Below are positions 37,930-51,070 of a DNA stretch of 64,000 nt, piece by piece. Both the position numbers and the translations under genes were made by a program. How positions within the stretch are numbered: the first letter of the stretch is position 1; each line of letters opens with the position of its first letter. Source of the stretch: Mobula hypostoma (lineage: Eukaryota); NCBI RefSeq assembly GCF_963921235.1, contig NC_086097.1:205532001-205596000 (forward strand). The letters run 5' to 3'. Under the pieces are notes generated by a model. It was given only the letters and a program-made list of their open reading frames with translations, did no database searches and had not been told where the DNA came from.

Positions 37930-39914
37930 CCCACTTCACATTAAAATTCTTTAATAGTGTGCATTTTGCTGACACTACAGACAAAATGTAATCACTGAAA
38001 TGTACTCAGACAAAGAATATTTTTTCAGAGATAACATTGGTGTCATGGCATCATTGTAGCTTAATAAAAAAAAACAGTTGTTTAAGGTCTACAGTACATT
38101 TTGTTGTACACTAAAGCCGTAGCTGGTATGCAGAGGCCTGTACATTACATAAACAAGAATCATTTTGATGAATGTTGTTACACAGAATTTACAGGAGAGA
38201 AAAAAAAGCCAGCTGCTCAGTGTCAATGCTTATAGTTCACATAAGTTTCCACTTACCCATCCATTTTATCCAATTCCATTAACCTATCCTTATATTTGTT
38301 TCTTCCTTTCCAGTCTCCCCTTTCATTAAGTCGAAACTTGAGAAGCCAGGGCTATTTTTCAATAAGCAAAAAGGTCTAAAACGAAATTTAAGAGATATCA
38401 GCTGTGACTTACAGATAGCACTCTCATCTCTGAGTTGGAAGATTGTGGTTTCAAATCCTACTCCAAAGACTTAAGTACAAAAATAAGTGAAGATAATAGA
38501 AAAAAAGGTGGCACCATTATGAATAGCAGAGTTCACCTGCCTAATATTTATTCCTTAATCAATTTGTATATTCAACCCTAAATTTTGTATTCAGTATATT
38601 CCTGAATAATACTGACATTAATTTAAAAATAAACTGCATTGGCAAAAGAGGGCAATCAAAATGGTAGTGTCAAAACCTAATAAGATTTTATCAGATCTAG
38701 ATTTAGGTTTTTCTTTTGTCAAATGCAATAATATAAATAAAATTATTGTTCAAAATAGAGGCATGAATATGTAGATACATATAATCTTTATATTTCTACT
38801 TTGATGAATGGACCAAAATTGTTAAATCTGTTGTTTAAATATGAGCAGTGAAACCATTTAACAAGTAATGACATTATTGAAGTATCAAATTCTGATAACA
38901 ATTTGCCCACAAACTCGCAATCTTTTTAAAAATAATATCAACTATTTTTCAAGAAAGAACTGTATAGCTGTAAATTTCATAATGTGCACCACCATTTATC
39001 AAATTATATGATGTCACATAAAACATTCATAGTATTCATGAAATGTGTTTTAATCACTTTTTAAAAATTCACTGTACATTGCTTAAAATGATAATGGAAA
39101 GATCAGTATTTAATTACTTTCATACTAGGCTTTATAACTGACATGTCAAATGTTACATCAAGTCAGCATTATATTTGGTAGTTATAGTTGAATTGATACA
39201 AAACCTTGATAAAATTAGAAATAAAAATATAACCTGACAATAATTCATTTTTGAGACAAAATGATCAGCACCATATTTTTGCACAGTACATTTTTGGTTT
39301 TGTGCAGCTTGTGAGGTACATTTGGCAGAACGGAGGCAATGGATCTTTACACCATTGCCACCATGGCTTTTAAAGCTTCCTCGTAAAAAATACTCTGACC
39401 ACACAGATGGAAAATACCAAATGGTTAGTCTCTGGACAGTGTACGCAAAGACAAAATAATCATTTCTCAGTGAACTTTACCATAATGTTTATCACTGTTT
39501 CAAATAATAACTTAATACAAAATGCAAACCCTACTGTGTTACCTATGTAACAGGTTTTAACATGAAAGGGTATCTTGACACAGTGATAAATTGTAATGGT
39601 CTTCAAAGATATCATTATACTTTTTAATGTGAACAGTTTAACATTCAGACTGCAGGTAGATTAGTTTGTAATTCCTGACTTAGGCCACCTTTGTACTTTG
39701 AATAGACTGACATGCCCTTGCATGTGAGATTTTGCTTAAAATATAAAAGGAATGAGCACAGAAAGACAGCAGTAACCAGAATGTGAATAGAAAGTTTTTT
39801 TTGTTTTCTTGTCTGTGACTTTGTTATCAGATGTCAGTAGGTGACGCAAAATGCTAAAAATTGTTTTTTTTTTCTTTTCCCCAGAAGACTTTTTTCTCAG
39901 AACTGTACAGATGA
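37930..39914 (-). other. Probable 3' UTR of the PXDNL-like gene (end uncertain)
   Basis: AT-rich, LINE-free sequence after the stop. Candidate minus-strand poly(A) signals: ATTAAA near 39049-39054 and 37950-37955, AATAAA at 38547-38552. Confidence 0.45.
38405..38560 (+). mobile_element. Deu-type SINE head remnant
   Basis: gcactctcatctctgagt..gaagattgtggtttcaaatcctactcca resembles 18915-18990. Confidence 0.45.
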
Positions 39915-40022
39915 TCATTTTCTGCTTTTTGCACAGACAGGACAGCATCTCCCTTTCTTTTTGATTGTTTTGGTGCACTTCAGAGGAGCGCATCTCTCCA
40001 CATAGCAGGTAACTTGGCCATT
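39915..40022 (-). CDS. PXDNL: PXDNL-like terminal coding exon: NGQVTCYVERCAPLKCTKTIKKKGRCCPVCAKSRK*, second half of VWC domain
   Basis: Acceptor cttctgtttcctag, phase 0. GQVTC...C...C...CCPVC VWC signature, TGA at 39915-39917. Confidence 0.95.
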   Translation of the reverse strand, partial: NGQVTCYVERCAPLKCTKTIKKKGRCCPVCAKSRK

Positions 40023-41944
40023 CTAGGAAACAGAAGCAACCGGATAAGTGTCAAAGTGTGTTTACAGCTGTAACAATTGTCATTGTCCACGTACACTCCT
40101 GTAGGAAAAATACCTTTCAGTCATACATACAACATAGCTGTCAATTCTTATTTTTCACAATGGGAATTTATTCATGATTATCTGCCTGAAATGCATATTG
40201 AACCTAAAATGTAAATTAGTTATATAATTCTTTTCAATTTTTGCTTTAAAAAGGTCCCGTCTCTGAAAAGTATACATGCACGCTATCTAGAAGAAACTGC
40301 GAACCATACTAAAGTTGTGAAGGGGATTTTATGTTGCTGATTACTCAGAATCAATCAGTTAAACCTACAAACTCACCCAAGGCATTCAGCTGAGAATGAT
40401 GGTTTATGGGGATCTAAGGTTTCCTGTGGATTCTCCAGCAATATTACTGCAACTTACCTCACAGATCTGCAGCAATATTTTTGTGTGAGTAAGTCATTCC
40501 TGCAATTTATGGTGAAGAGCCTAAGTCACCATTGGAAAAAACGGTGAAAAGTACTAAAAGTGGCCTGGAAAATATGAAGGCAGGTAGTAATAGTAAGGGA
40601 AATCAATAAATAAATACTGCATATACTTGAAAACTAATTATAAGATACAAAAAGCAGCAAAAATCAGCTGGTCAGGCAACTGTTCTGGAAGGAATTAATG
40701 TTTCAGATCTGGGATCCTTCATCAGAACATTTGTAAAGAGCTCTACCTCACTGCTGCTTCTGTGGAGTTCCTGTTGACTGAGAAACAGGCAAGAAACAAC
40801 TTCTTATATAAAAAAAATGTCAAGAGGCCATGGGAAGGGGAGATCCAGTCCTTACAATGAAAGCTAGAGTATAAGGATTGTCACATCACACATGACCAGT
40901 TAAGCGATCACACAGAAAGGTCCAGGTCAAGGGTCTTCATGCTTTGTTAAAATTTATGTTAAAAACATGCTCTTCTGTTATTTCTGTGCCATGGCTAGGC
41001 AGCCAATCATGTCAGACATCCTCTGTGCTTGGCAAATTTCTGCGCATTGAGCCCAGTTCCCTTTTGTAACTGGTGGATATTGGGCATCAGTTTGAACCTT
41101 GGGAATAAAAAATACAGGAGCCCTGAGGAAAGCTATTTTTAATTTCACCAATCACTAAGTTAATGTATCACATTCAGATTTATTAGCTGTTTTGCTATCT
41201 GTGGAACTTACTGGAAAATAAATGTGCCATTTTCCTGCTGGCTGTTTTAAGTTAAAATAATGTCCTGAAACAGGACCATCATGTGCAAAATGGACAATTC
41301 CAGGAATACCTGTGGGTTCTGTGGATTCCTAAAAATCAGTCCAAAGAGCACAAAACAAGGTACATTTTTTTTTCATAGGTGGAAAGAGGTTAGTGAAGCA
41401 TAGCGTCAGCATAAGTATGATGGGTGATTTTAATTTTTTTCTATATAGTGTAATATTAAAGACAAATTAGGGGGAGATTAGTCACTAGCTATTTGTACTG
41501 GCAACTAGGAATAATGCCCAGAGATACTAGATATTGCAGAAACTGGGATACGAAGCAAAATCAAAAGGCTAGAGGAAATGGACAGTCCAAACTTTGGGTT
41601 CAGGAAGGAATAATACCTACTTCTGCAAAGTCAGCTCCATCGTGATCGATGGAATTAATACTTTAAGGACATTTAACAGGCTTCGAGATAGGCACATGTG
41701 GGAAGGAAGGGTTAGATTGATCTTGGAGTAGGTTGAAAGATTGGCACAATATTATGGGCTGAAGGGCCTGTACTTTGCTGTTCTATGCTCTATGTTCTAA
41801 ATGTACAAAGGTAGCTGCAACTCCTTGCCACGGATATGACACTACCAATCAAAGATGAATTTCATTCTATTATTCTATAAAGCATCAATTAACTGATCAG
41901 TTAGATCTAGCATTTATCACTGAAAGACGATGGATGTAACATAA

Positions 41945-44695
41945 ATGTAAGGAAGGACAGCCCAATGATTGGTTACAAATATAGACAGAGGAGTTAAATT
42001 GCACCACAAAAGCAAAATTCAAAACGTCAAAAGATACAGGACTGAAGGTGCTCTATAAAATGCATGTAGCATTTGGGATAAGGTGGACGAATACGTGATG
42101 CAATTAGAAATTGGTCGGAATGACATTGTGACCATCATTGAGTTGTGTCTGAAAGAAGGCTATAGTTGGGAATTTAACATCAAAGGATATATTTTGTATC
42201 AAATGAACAGAAAGGAAGGCATCGGCAGTGGTGTGGATCTGTTGGTAAGAGATGGAATTACATCTTTAGAAAGAGGTGCAATGCAGACAGAGAATATTGA
42301 ATCTTTGGGGTGGAGTTAAGAAATTGCAAGGGTATAAAACTCATTATGGGAATCATATATGTACCTCCAAATAGTAGCCAAAATGTGGGGTTGAGATTGC
42401 AAAGGGAGCTGGAAAACGCATGTAGGAAGGGTAATGACACAATTGTAACAGGGGACCTGAAGATGCAAGGTGATTGGGAAAATCAGTTTTGTGTTGGATG
42501 GCAAGAGAGAGAATTTGTTGAATGAGACAGTGATCGTAACATGATTGAATTCATACTTCATTTTGAGAGGGAGAAGAAACATAAGTCATATGTATCAGTA
42601 TCACAATGAAATAAAGGGAATTACAGAGGCAGGTGAGAGGAGCTTGCCTAGGTGAATTGGAGCAGGATATTGGTGGGGATGATGGCAGAGCAGAGGCAGC
42701 TGAAGTTTCTGGGAACAGTTTACAAGGCACAGGATATATATGTCCCACAGGAGAAGTTCTCATATGGTAGGGGAAGGCAACCATGGCTGACAAGGGAAGT
42801 TAAGGACTGTATAAAAACCAAAGAAAGGGCATATAATGTAGCAAAAGTAAGTGGAAGTTGGATTATTGGATAAAATCTAACAAAAGACAACTAAAAAAGC
42901 TATAAGAAGGGAAAAGATAAAATATGAGAGCAAATAAACCAATGATATAAAGCAGGATACTAAAGGTTTTTTCAGTTATAAAAAGAGTTAAAGGGAAGTG
43001 AGAGTTGATATTGGACCACTAGAAAATGATGATGGTGAGGTAGTAATGGGGGACAAAGAAATGGCAGAAGAACTTAATGAGTACTTTGCATCACTCTTCA
43101 CTGTGGAAGACATTTGCAAAGTGCCAGAGGTCTTGAGTGTCAGGGAGCAAGAGTGAGTGCCATTGTTATTATAAAGAAAAAAGTGCTAAGGAAGCTCAAA
43201 GATCTTAAGGTGGTAAGTCACCTGGGCCAGATGGACTATATCCCAGAGTCTTGAAAAAGGTTGCTGAAGAGATAATGGACACATTGGCCATGATCTTTCA
43301 AGAATCACTTGATCCTGGCATGGGCCTGGAGAACTGGAAGATTGCAAATGTCACTCCACTTCTTAAGAAAGGAGAAAGGCTAAAGAAAGGAAATTATAGG
43401 CCAGTTAGCCTAACCCAGTTCGAAAAGTGTTGGAGTCTATTATTAAGGATGAGATTTCAGGGTACTTGGAGACTAATCATAAAATAAGTCAAAGTCAGCA
43501 TGGTTTCTGTTAAGGTAAATCTTGCATGACACATCTGTTAGAGTTCTTCAAAGAAGTAACAAGTAGGGTGGACAAAGAAGAGGCAGTGGAAATCATTTAC
43601 CTGGATTTTCAGAAGGCGTTTGAGAAGGTGCTACACATGAGGCTGCTTAACGAGATAAAATCCTATGGGTTTTACGGGAAATATACTGGCACGAATAGAG
43701 GAATGGCTGATAGGCAGGAGGCAGTGAGTGGGAATAAAGGGGTCCTTTTCTGGTTGGCTGCTAGTAACAAGTGATGTTCCTCTGGGGTTGTTGTTGGGTC
43801 CGCTACTTTTCACATTGTTTGTTAATGAAAGATTTGGATAATGGAATTGATGGCTTTGTGGCACAGTTCGCAGATGATACGAGGATAGGTGGAGGGGTAG
43901 GTAGTGCTGGGGAAGCAATGCGACTTAAACAAATTGGAAGAATGGGCAAAAAAGTGACAGATGGAATACAGTGTTGGGAAATGTATGATAATGCATTTTT
44001 GGTAAAAGGAACAATAGTGCAGACTATTATCTAAATGGGGAGAAGGTTCAAACATTAGAGTTGCAGAGGAACTTAGGACTCATCATACAAAATTCCCAGA
44101 AGGTTAATTTACAGGTTGAGTCTGTGGTAAAGAAGGCAAATGCAATGTCGACATTCATTTCATGAGGAACAGAATATAAAAGCAAGGAGATAATGCTGAG
44201 GCTTTATAAGACACTAGTCATGCTGCACTTGTTGACAGTTTTGTGCCCCATATCTCAGAAAGAATATGTTGTCATTAGAGACAGTCCAGAAGAGGTTCAC
44301 AAGGATGATTCCAGGAATGATGGAGCACTTGGCAGCTTTGGGCCTGTACTCACTGGAATTTAGAAGGATGTTTCCTGTGGTGGGGTATCCAGAGGACACA
44401 GCCTCAAACTTGAGGGTTGACCTTTCAAAACAGAGGTAAGGAGCAATTTTTTTAGCCAGAGATTATTGAATCTGTGGAATGCTCTGCCACAGACTGCAGT
44501 GAAGGCCAAATCCATGGGTATATTTAAGGCGGAAGCTGATCATTTCCTGATTGGTCAGGGCATCAAAGGATATGGCGAAAAGGCAGGTGTATGGGGTTGA
44601 GTGGGATCCAGGATCAGTCATGACGGAATGACAGAGCAGACTCAATGGGCTGAATGGCCTAATTCTGCTCCTATAGCTTATGGTCTTAAGGTCTA
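41945..44695 (+). mobile_element. Old CR1 ORF2 (APE, RT, 3' UTR), many stops and frameshifts, antisense in the last PXDNL intron
   Basis: ORF fragments 42083-44034 with YVPPNS, GNYRPVSL, DFQKAF and FADDT, tail atggtcttaaggtct. Confidence 0.92.
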
Positions 44696-44812
44696 AGATC
44701 AATTACAATCCCAGCAGTAAAATTTAGCTGGATGAAAAATACACATCTAATAACCAATATTTTAAATATTCTGCATTGTATAACTGAATATTATCTGTAA
44801 TCTAATCCATAC

Positions 44813-44926
44813 CTTACACCAACAGGAAGTACAATCTTCTTTTTTCCAGTGATTGTTCTCATTCATATGATTTCCCAATTCATCCGTGCATCCACGTTGT
44901 TGCAGGCGTGACTCCAGTTGGTCAAT
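44813..44926 (-). CDS. PXDNL: PXDNL-like coding exon (equivalent to exon 22): IDQLESRLQQRGCTDELGNHMNENNHWKKEDCTSCWCK, first half of VWC domain
   Basis: Acceptor cttttcattag, donor AAG|gtatgg, 114 nt, phase 0/0. Contains the LESRL and WKKEDCTxCxC motifs. GCTD and KEDCT are closer to recalled PXDNL than PXDN. Confidence 0.93.
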
Positions 44927-45241
44927 CTAATGAAAAGTTGAGATATACATTACAAATATCATGTATGTTTAGTCTGGGCTAACTAGACTTCATGAAATTC
45001 TTAAGGATCACTATCTGATTCAGGGGGTATTTAACACTAAAGACAATAGCTCTTTCACAAAGCAATGTGTACTGAAAGAGCAGCACTGTTGGCAGGATAT
45101 AATTTCTGCACTACCATAGACTTTGAACAGTTAGATTATTTCTTTAGATTAAAAAACTGCTCAGTTTTTTTTAACCTGCAAAGGAAAACTTGTCAAATCC
45201 TCTCTGAAAAAGAAAGAATGTTTTACAGCATTGTGTCTCAC

Positions 45242-45520
45242 CTGCATACAATTCTGCAAAAGAATAATCTTTGCTTTACACGGTTCTGCTCTCTGGAGAG
45301 CAAGATTTTCATCTGGTACAAGGTCACAGTTTCACCTCTTTTATCTGATGGTCAGATATTCATTCTCTCCTACCAGTGTTTGTTCGTCCATCTGCAGGCA
45401 ATTGAAATCTGGTCCGGATATTTATAAGGAGGTGAGGAAGAAGCAGAGGAGGCCAATAACTGACATGGGAGGCAGATTTAAAGGCAGGGGCTCATTATTA
45501 ATATTGTCTAATAGGCCAAT
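45242..45520 (-). promoter_or_regulatory. Candidate intronic TATA/CCAAT promoter plus alternative first exon
   Basis: Minus-strand TATAAATA at 45419-45426, CCAAT boxes at 45453-45457 and 45516-45520, strong donor ATGCAG|gtgaga at 45242/45241. Confidence 0.3.
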
Positions 45521-46834
45521 AGGCTGGTTGACAAACAGGGTAGAAACTGGGCAGGAAAAATAGCACAAGATGTTACAATTGGCAATATTCAGTGTTGACT
45601 TTTGGTTATTGAACAGGCTGCAGATAAGTGTCTGAAGCAGGCAGCACGCAGATGGTTTATTGATTAATGGATGCTGAGGTTACAGACAGGAAGAAGTGAG
45701 GCTGAGGTCACTTTAGGAAGTTGCACAGTTCAACTGTAGAAGTTAAATTTAAATCAGTATTCCAATTTCACTGTTAAGAGCTGGAGTTAAAATTAGCTCA
45801 CCTATCAAGGCCTGTAGGTTTGCTGACAATACATTGGTGTAATTTCTTGTTTCATTAATTAACTATTAAGGAAGTATTATAAAATCAACCAGAATGCTAC
45901 CTTTGTTTGTTATATATGCATGTTAACAGCTTGTTATCATTGATTTCCTGCTTTGTGACACTAGGAAAGGGTAATGATATTATAGTTAAGTAGACAGTGT
46001 TAATTTCATTCACATCAAACTGGCTGAAATTAAATATTAATCACCATTATTGATTAAATTCTTTTGCTGACATTCCAATTTCACCTGAGGAATACTAGAG
46101 AATTCTGTTGCAAAGAAAACACAATTCAAAAGTGTTTTTTGTCATCTAGGATGGATGTCTATAATTGTCTTTGTAGAGGTGAATGCTGCAAATCTTATCT
46201 TCATCCCCCCATTTTTCTCTGTTGAGTGCCCCGTCATGCATTAGCATTAGCATGTCAGACATACGCAGAAGTAGATTAAGAAGTTCACAGAAAGGGGGCA
46301 CTACACCATTCAGTTCTTAGTCAATGGCACATTGCACCTTTCATTTTTGTGTCAATTCTGATTCCAAATCTGATTCTGAAACTGTTCTGAACTCTTAGAA
46401 CAAGTGATTTGTTGATGCTGATCATTTTACTGGCAAAATACCAGCACAATTGCCTAAGAATAGGAATAGCAGAATTCACTTGGCAAAGTCCTTTCCTGAT
46501 GTATAGCCTTACCTGTAGTAAATGTACTGGGTCTCATGTTCTTCTGAATTTTCCTGAAAAGAACCCTCAACCAATTGATTCAGTATATATTAAACAGTTT
46601 AACACATTTGGCCTCAGATAATATTTTACAAGTAAAATATTACCTAACTGGTACATGCCATACAATAACCAATGCCTGTTGGCATCTCTCCATGGGCTTT
46701 GTGTGTAAATGTAAGAAAGGTAGCACACAGAAGCAGAAAATATTAAGATTTCTAATGTTTTAGACACTGCATGAAATTAAATAAAAATAGAAACGCATAA
46801 ATTTAAGGAAAAAGCTAAAACTTTATTATCGTCA

Positions 46835-47145
46835 AGAATCATAGTGTCATACAGCAATTGGACCTTGAAGCCCACCAAGTCCATGCCAAAATCAAGCACC
46901 CATTTTTGCTAATCTGATATGCTCGCCTGATTTGACCACTCACTCACACAAGGGCTATTGACAGTGGTAATTAACCTACCAACCTGTTTGTGTTTGGGAA
47001 ATGAGAGGAAACTGAACAGCCAGTGGAAAGCCAAACATTCATGAGAGGAATGGGCAAAAGTCCATGCATGCTGCACCAAAGGACAGGAGCAACTTCAAGC
47101 CACCTGAGATATGAGGCAGCAGCTCTACTAGCTGTGCCACTCTGC
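46835..47145 (-). mobile_element. V-SINE-like element, minus strand
   Basis: ttaacctaccaacc...tgggaaatgagaggaaactg is the reverse of the V-domain cagtttcctccca core. Confidence 0.5.
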
Positions 47146-47764
47146 AGATTTATTTTTATTTATAGCAATAAAATGATTTTGATTACTGTAAAATCCATTG
47201 AACTTTAAAATATTAATCTGAAGGAGTAAGACAAATGATCAGAATTTGTGTCAGCAGATTGCTACAAAATTGGTTTTCTTAGATTTTTCGTGGTGGCTCA
47301 AAATGTATCTGTCATGGCAGATTGTTGTGGGATGAGTTGTTGTGATACGAGCATAGAACCAAATGAACTGCTGTCTTAAATCATGCATCAGATGGATCCT
47401 AATGGATGGAATTCCTTTCCCTGCTTTCAATTGATATTTGACAAAATGGTACACGATGAAGTCACAGCAATGGGACTCCATGAATTCTTGCAATCTCATT
47501 GTTGCATAACAAGAATACAAAGATAATGAATTTTCATGAAGATACTTCTCATAATTTCAATGATGGTCATTGTTGGCCGTAGGCTGCAGATTCAAAGCAA
47601 AATATTGGGTTTTCAGTACCATGGATTGGAATGTGGTTTTGACCTTTTTCCAATTGAATCCAAATTTAACCAAATAGTTCTGACCAAAATTCTCCCTTGC
47701 TCATACGATGTCATTTCCACATTATATGCATTTCAAATGATGTCACATCTCATGCAACAGATGA

Positions 47765-50267
47765 AACTTTTGTGGGAGATAACCTCCCAGGAGAATGCCA
47801 TGGAGACCAGGTTACTGCCACTGAGCATGGGTCCGTGGTGCAGAAGGGAAAAAGAGAGCAGTGATAGGAGACTCAATAGTCAGGGGTACAGACAGGAGAT
47901 TATGTGGACGTGAAATGGACAGCCAAATGGTATGTTGCTCCCAGAAGCCAGGGTCAGGGATGTCTCAGATTGCATCCACAACATTTTGGAGAAGGAGGGA
48001 GAGCAGCCAGCTGTCTTGGTAAATATAGGTACAATTGACATCAAAAGGAAAAACAAAGAGGTCCCGAAAAGAGAATTTAGAGAACTAGGTAGAAAGTTAA
48101 GAAGCAGGACCTTCTGGGTAGTAATTTCTGGATTGCTGCTTGTGCCATGTGCCAGTGAGGGTAGAAACAGGATGATATGGCAGATCAAAGCATGGCTGAG
48201 GTTCTTGGATCATTGGGATCTCTTCTGGGGAAGGTATACAAAAGTGACTGGCTACACTTGAACCCGAAGGAGACCAATATTCTCACGGACAGGAGGGTTT
48301 AAAATAATTTGCCGGTGGGTAGGAACTGGAATATAGGGACTTAGGATAGGACTCATGGTAAAAAAAAAAGCAAAGGTAGCGCGTAGTCAGATCGTCAGGA
48401 AGGGCAGGCAGATGATAGAACATAATTGCAGTCAGCAGGGTGAGTATCAGTGCATTCGGGAAGTAGAATCAAAAAAGGAGGCAAGTACAGTACTTAAAAT
48501 GTTATATCTCAATGCACAGAGTGGATGAAATAAGGTGGATGCTCATGTTGCAATATTACAGATTGCCAAGTATGATGTTGTGACAATCACTAAATTGTGG
48601 CTGAAGGATGGTTATAGTTGGGAGCTGGATGTCTAAGCTTACACATTGTATTGGAGGGATAGGAAGATAGGCAGAGGAGGTGGTGTGGCTCTGCTGGTAA
48701 AGAATGGCATCAAATCAGTCGAAAGATGTGACATAGAACTGGAAGATGTTGAATCCTTGTGGGTTGAGTTAAGAAACTGTGAAAGTAAAAAGACCCTGAT
48801 GGCATTTACATACAGTCCTCCCAACAGTAGCTGGGATGTGGACCACACATTACAACAGGAAATAGAAAAGGTGTGTCAAAAGGGGAAAGTTATGATAGTC
48901 ATGGGAGATTTCAACGATTGGGAAGATGTTGGATTCAATTGTTGAGGATGAAGTTATGGAGTACTTGGTGACACAGGAGAAGACAGGACAAAGTCAGCAT
49001 GGTTTTCTTCAGGGAAAATCCTACCTGATGAACCTCTTTGAATTCTTTAAGGAGATTACACATAGAATTCATAAAGGGGATGCAGTGGATGTTGTATATT
49101 TGGACTTTCAGAAGGCCTTTGACGAGGTGCTGCACATGAGGCTGCTTACCAAGTTAAGAGCCCATGGTATTACAGGAAAGTTACTGGTATGGTTAGAGCA
49201 TGGCTGATTGATAGGAGGCAGTGAGTTGGAATAAAAGGATCCTTTTCTGGTTGGTTGTCAGTGACTAGTAGTGTTCTGCAAAGGTTGGTGTTGAGACCGC
49301 TTCTTTTTATGCTATATATAAATGATTTAGATGATGGAAAAGATGGCTTTGATGCCAAGTTTGCAGATGTTATAAAGATTGGTGGATGGGCAGGTAGTGT
49401 TGAAGAAACAGATAGGCTGCAGAAGGACTTAGGAAAATGGGCAAGAAAGTGGCAAATGAAGTACAATGTTGGAAAATACATGGTCATGCACCTTGGTAGA
49501 AGAAATAAATGTGCAGAGTATTTTCTAAATGGGGAGAAAATCCAAAAATCTGAAATGCAAAGGGACTCGGGAGTCCTTGTCCTCGTAAAGGTTAACTTGC
49601 AGGTTGTGTTGGTAGTGAAGAACGCAAATGCAATGATAGCATTCATTTCATGAGGTCTAGAATATAAGAGCTGAGGCTTTATAAGGCACTGCTGAGGCTT
49701 CACCTTGAGTATTGTGAACAGTTTTGGGCTCCTCATCTTAGAAAAGATGTGTTGGCTTTGGAGAGGGTTCAGAGGAGTTTCAGAAGGATGATTCCAGGAA
49801 TGAAAGGGTTATCATATGAAGTGAGTATGATAGCTCTGGGTCTGCACTCGCTGGAATCTAGAAGGATGAGGGAGGATCTCATTGAAACCTTTCAAATGTT
49901 GAAAGGCCTAGACCGAGTAGATGTGGAAAGGATGTTTCCCATGGTGGGAGAGTCTAGGACAAGAGGGCACAGCCTTAGGGTAGAGGAGTGTCCATTTAAA
50001 ACAGAGATGAGGAGAAATTTCTATAGCCAGAGGGTGGTGAATTTGTGGAGTATAGTACCACAGGCAGCTGTGAAGGCCAGGTCATTGGGTGTACTTAAGG
50101 CAGAATTTGATATATTCTTGGTTGGACTCAGCATCAATGGTCATGGGGAGAAGGCTGGGGAGTGGGGCTAAGGCGGGGGAGAGAAAGGATCAGCCATGTT
50201 TGAATGGCCGAGCAGACTAGATGGGCCAAATGGCCTAATTCTACTCCCATGTCTTATGGTCTTATGG
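47765..50267 (+). mobile_element. CR1 with ORF1 esterase remnant, APE start, internal deletion near 48920, RT and 3' end
   Basis: LLPEARVRDV...VNIGTIDI (GTND-like) in ORF1, FLDHWDLFWGR. GDFN joins directly to IVEDEVMEYL...QHGF. Tail gtcttatggtcttatg. Confidence 0.9.
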
Positions 50268-50992
50268 AAACATTACTGAGGTAATTTTTCATATTATCCT
50301 AGAAACACCTACCATTGGACACCCCCAGGTCATCCCAATTTTAATAATGATAGTTTAGGCCATTTCCATTCAAGGCAGCTATTGATTAACTTTTCTCCCT
50401 TGAATCCTTTTACATTCTTCAGCAACCTGGTCCTGCATTTGCTCCAATTTCCTGACTGACCCAAGTCCTTATGCATGACTACCACATTTGCACAGCTGTC
50501 ACTGCTGCCCTCCCTCCAACATCTACCCTGGTCCAGGTTCATCTCTCCACCTTCCTACACACCCACATCATTCTACCTACCAAATTCCCAGAAATTAAGC
50601 ACACAACTCTGATCTCCAGATGGCTACAAGACTCTGACTGCCTTTCTTGTCATGAACCCACTGGTCTTAAACACTATCTAGCTTAAATCATTAAGCATGG
50701 ACTATACTGAACTTTGGGGTGCCAGGCTTTTAACTGAAATAGTCTTCACTATGCTGTTCAATACCCCGCAGTGGCATTAAAACATGCCTTTTAGGACACA
50801 TATCACTCTCTACATCTGAGTTTATGAATTCATATATTCAGCACTGTTTTACAAGCTTGAATTAAGTTATCAGAATCTTCTACGTCCGTTAGTGTATTGT
50901 TATTACACATTCTCAAATACTAACTTATTTCATTTGCTTACATTTTAATCTCTAAACCTAAAGGTAGGAGTTCTTTGAGCAGGTGACAAATT

Positions 50993-51070
50993 CAGGGGTT
51001 CCCAACCTTTTTTATGCCATGGTTCCATACTATTAAGCAAGGGCTCTATGGATCCCAGGTTAGGAACCCC
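50993..51070. mobile_element. Short hAT-type MITE
   Basis: CAGGGGTTCCCAACC...GGTTAGGAACCCC inverted ends, second copy at 54012-54078. Confidence 0.7.

Noticed and set aside
39742..40013. Plus-strand TATA (TATAAAAG) and exon-like signals ending CAG|gtaact
   Set aside because: All plus frames hit stops, and the region is explained by the minus-strand terminal exon and its UTR.
45140..45210. Minus-strand acceptor followed by EDLTSFPLQVKK, loosely like the pre-VWC helix
   Set aside because: Runs into a stop, has a weak donor, and the true exon lies elsewhere.
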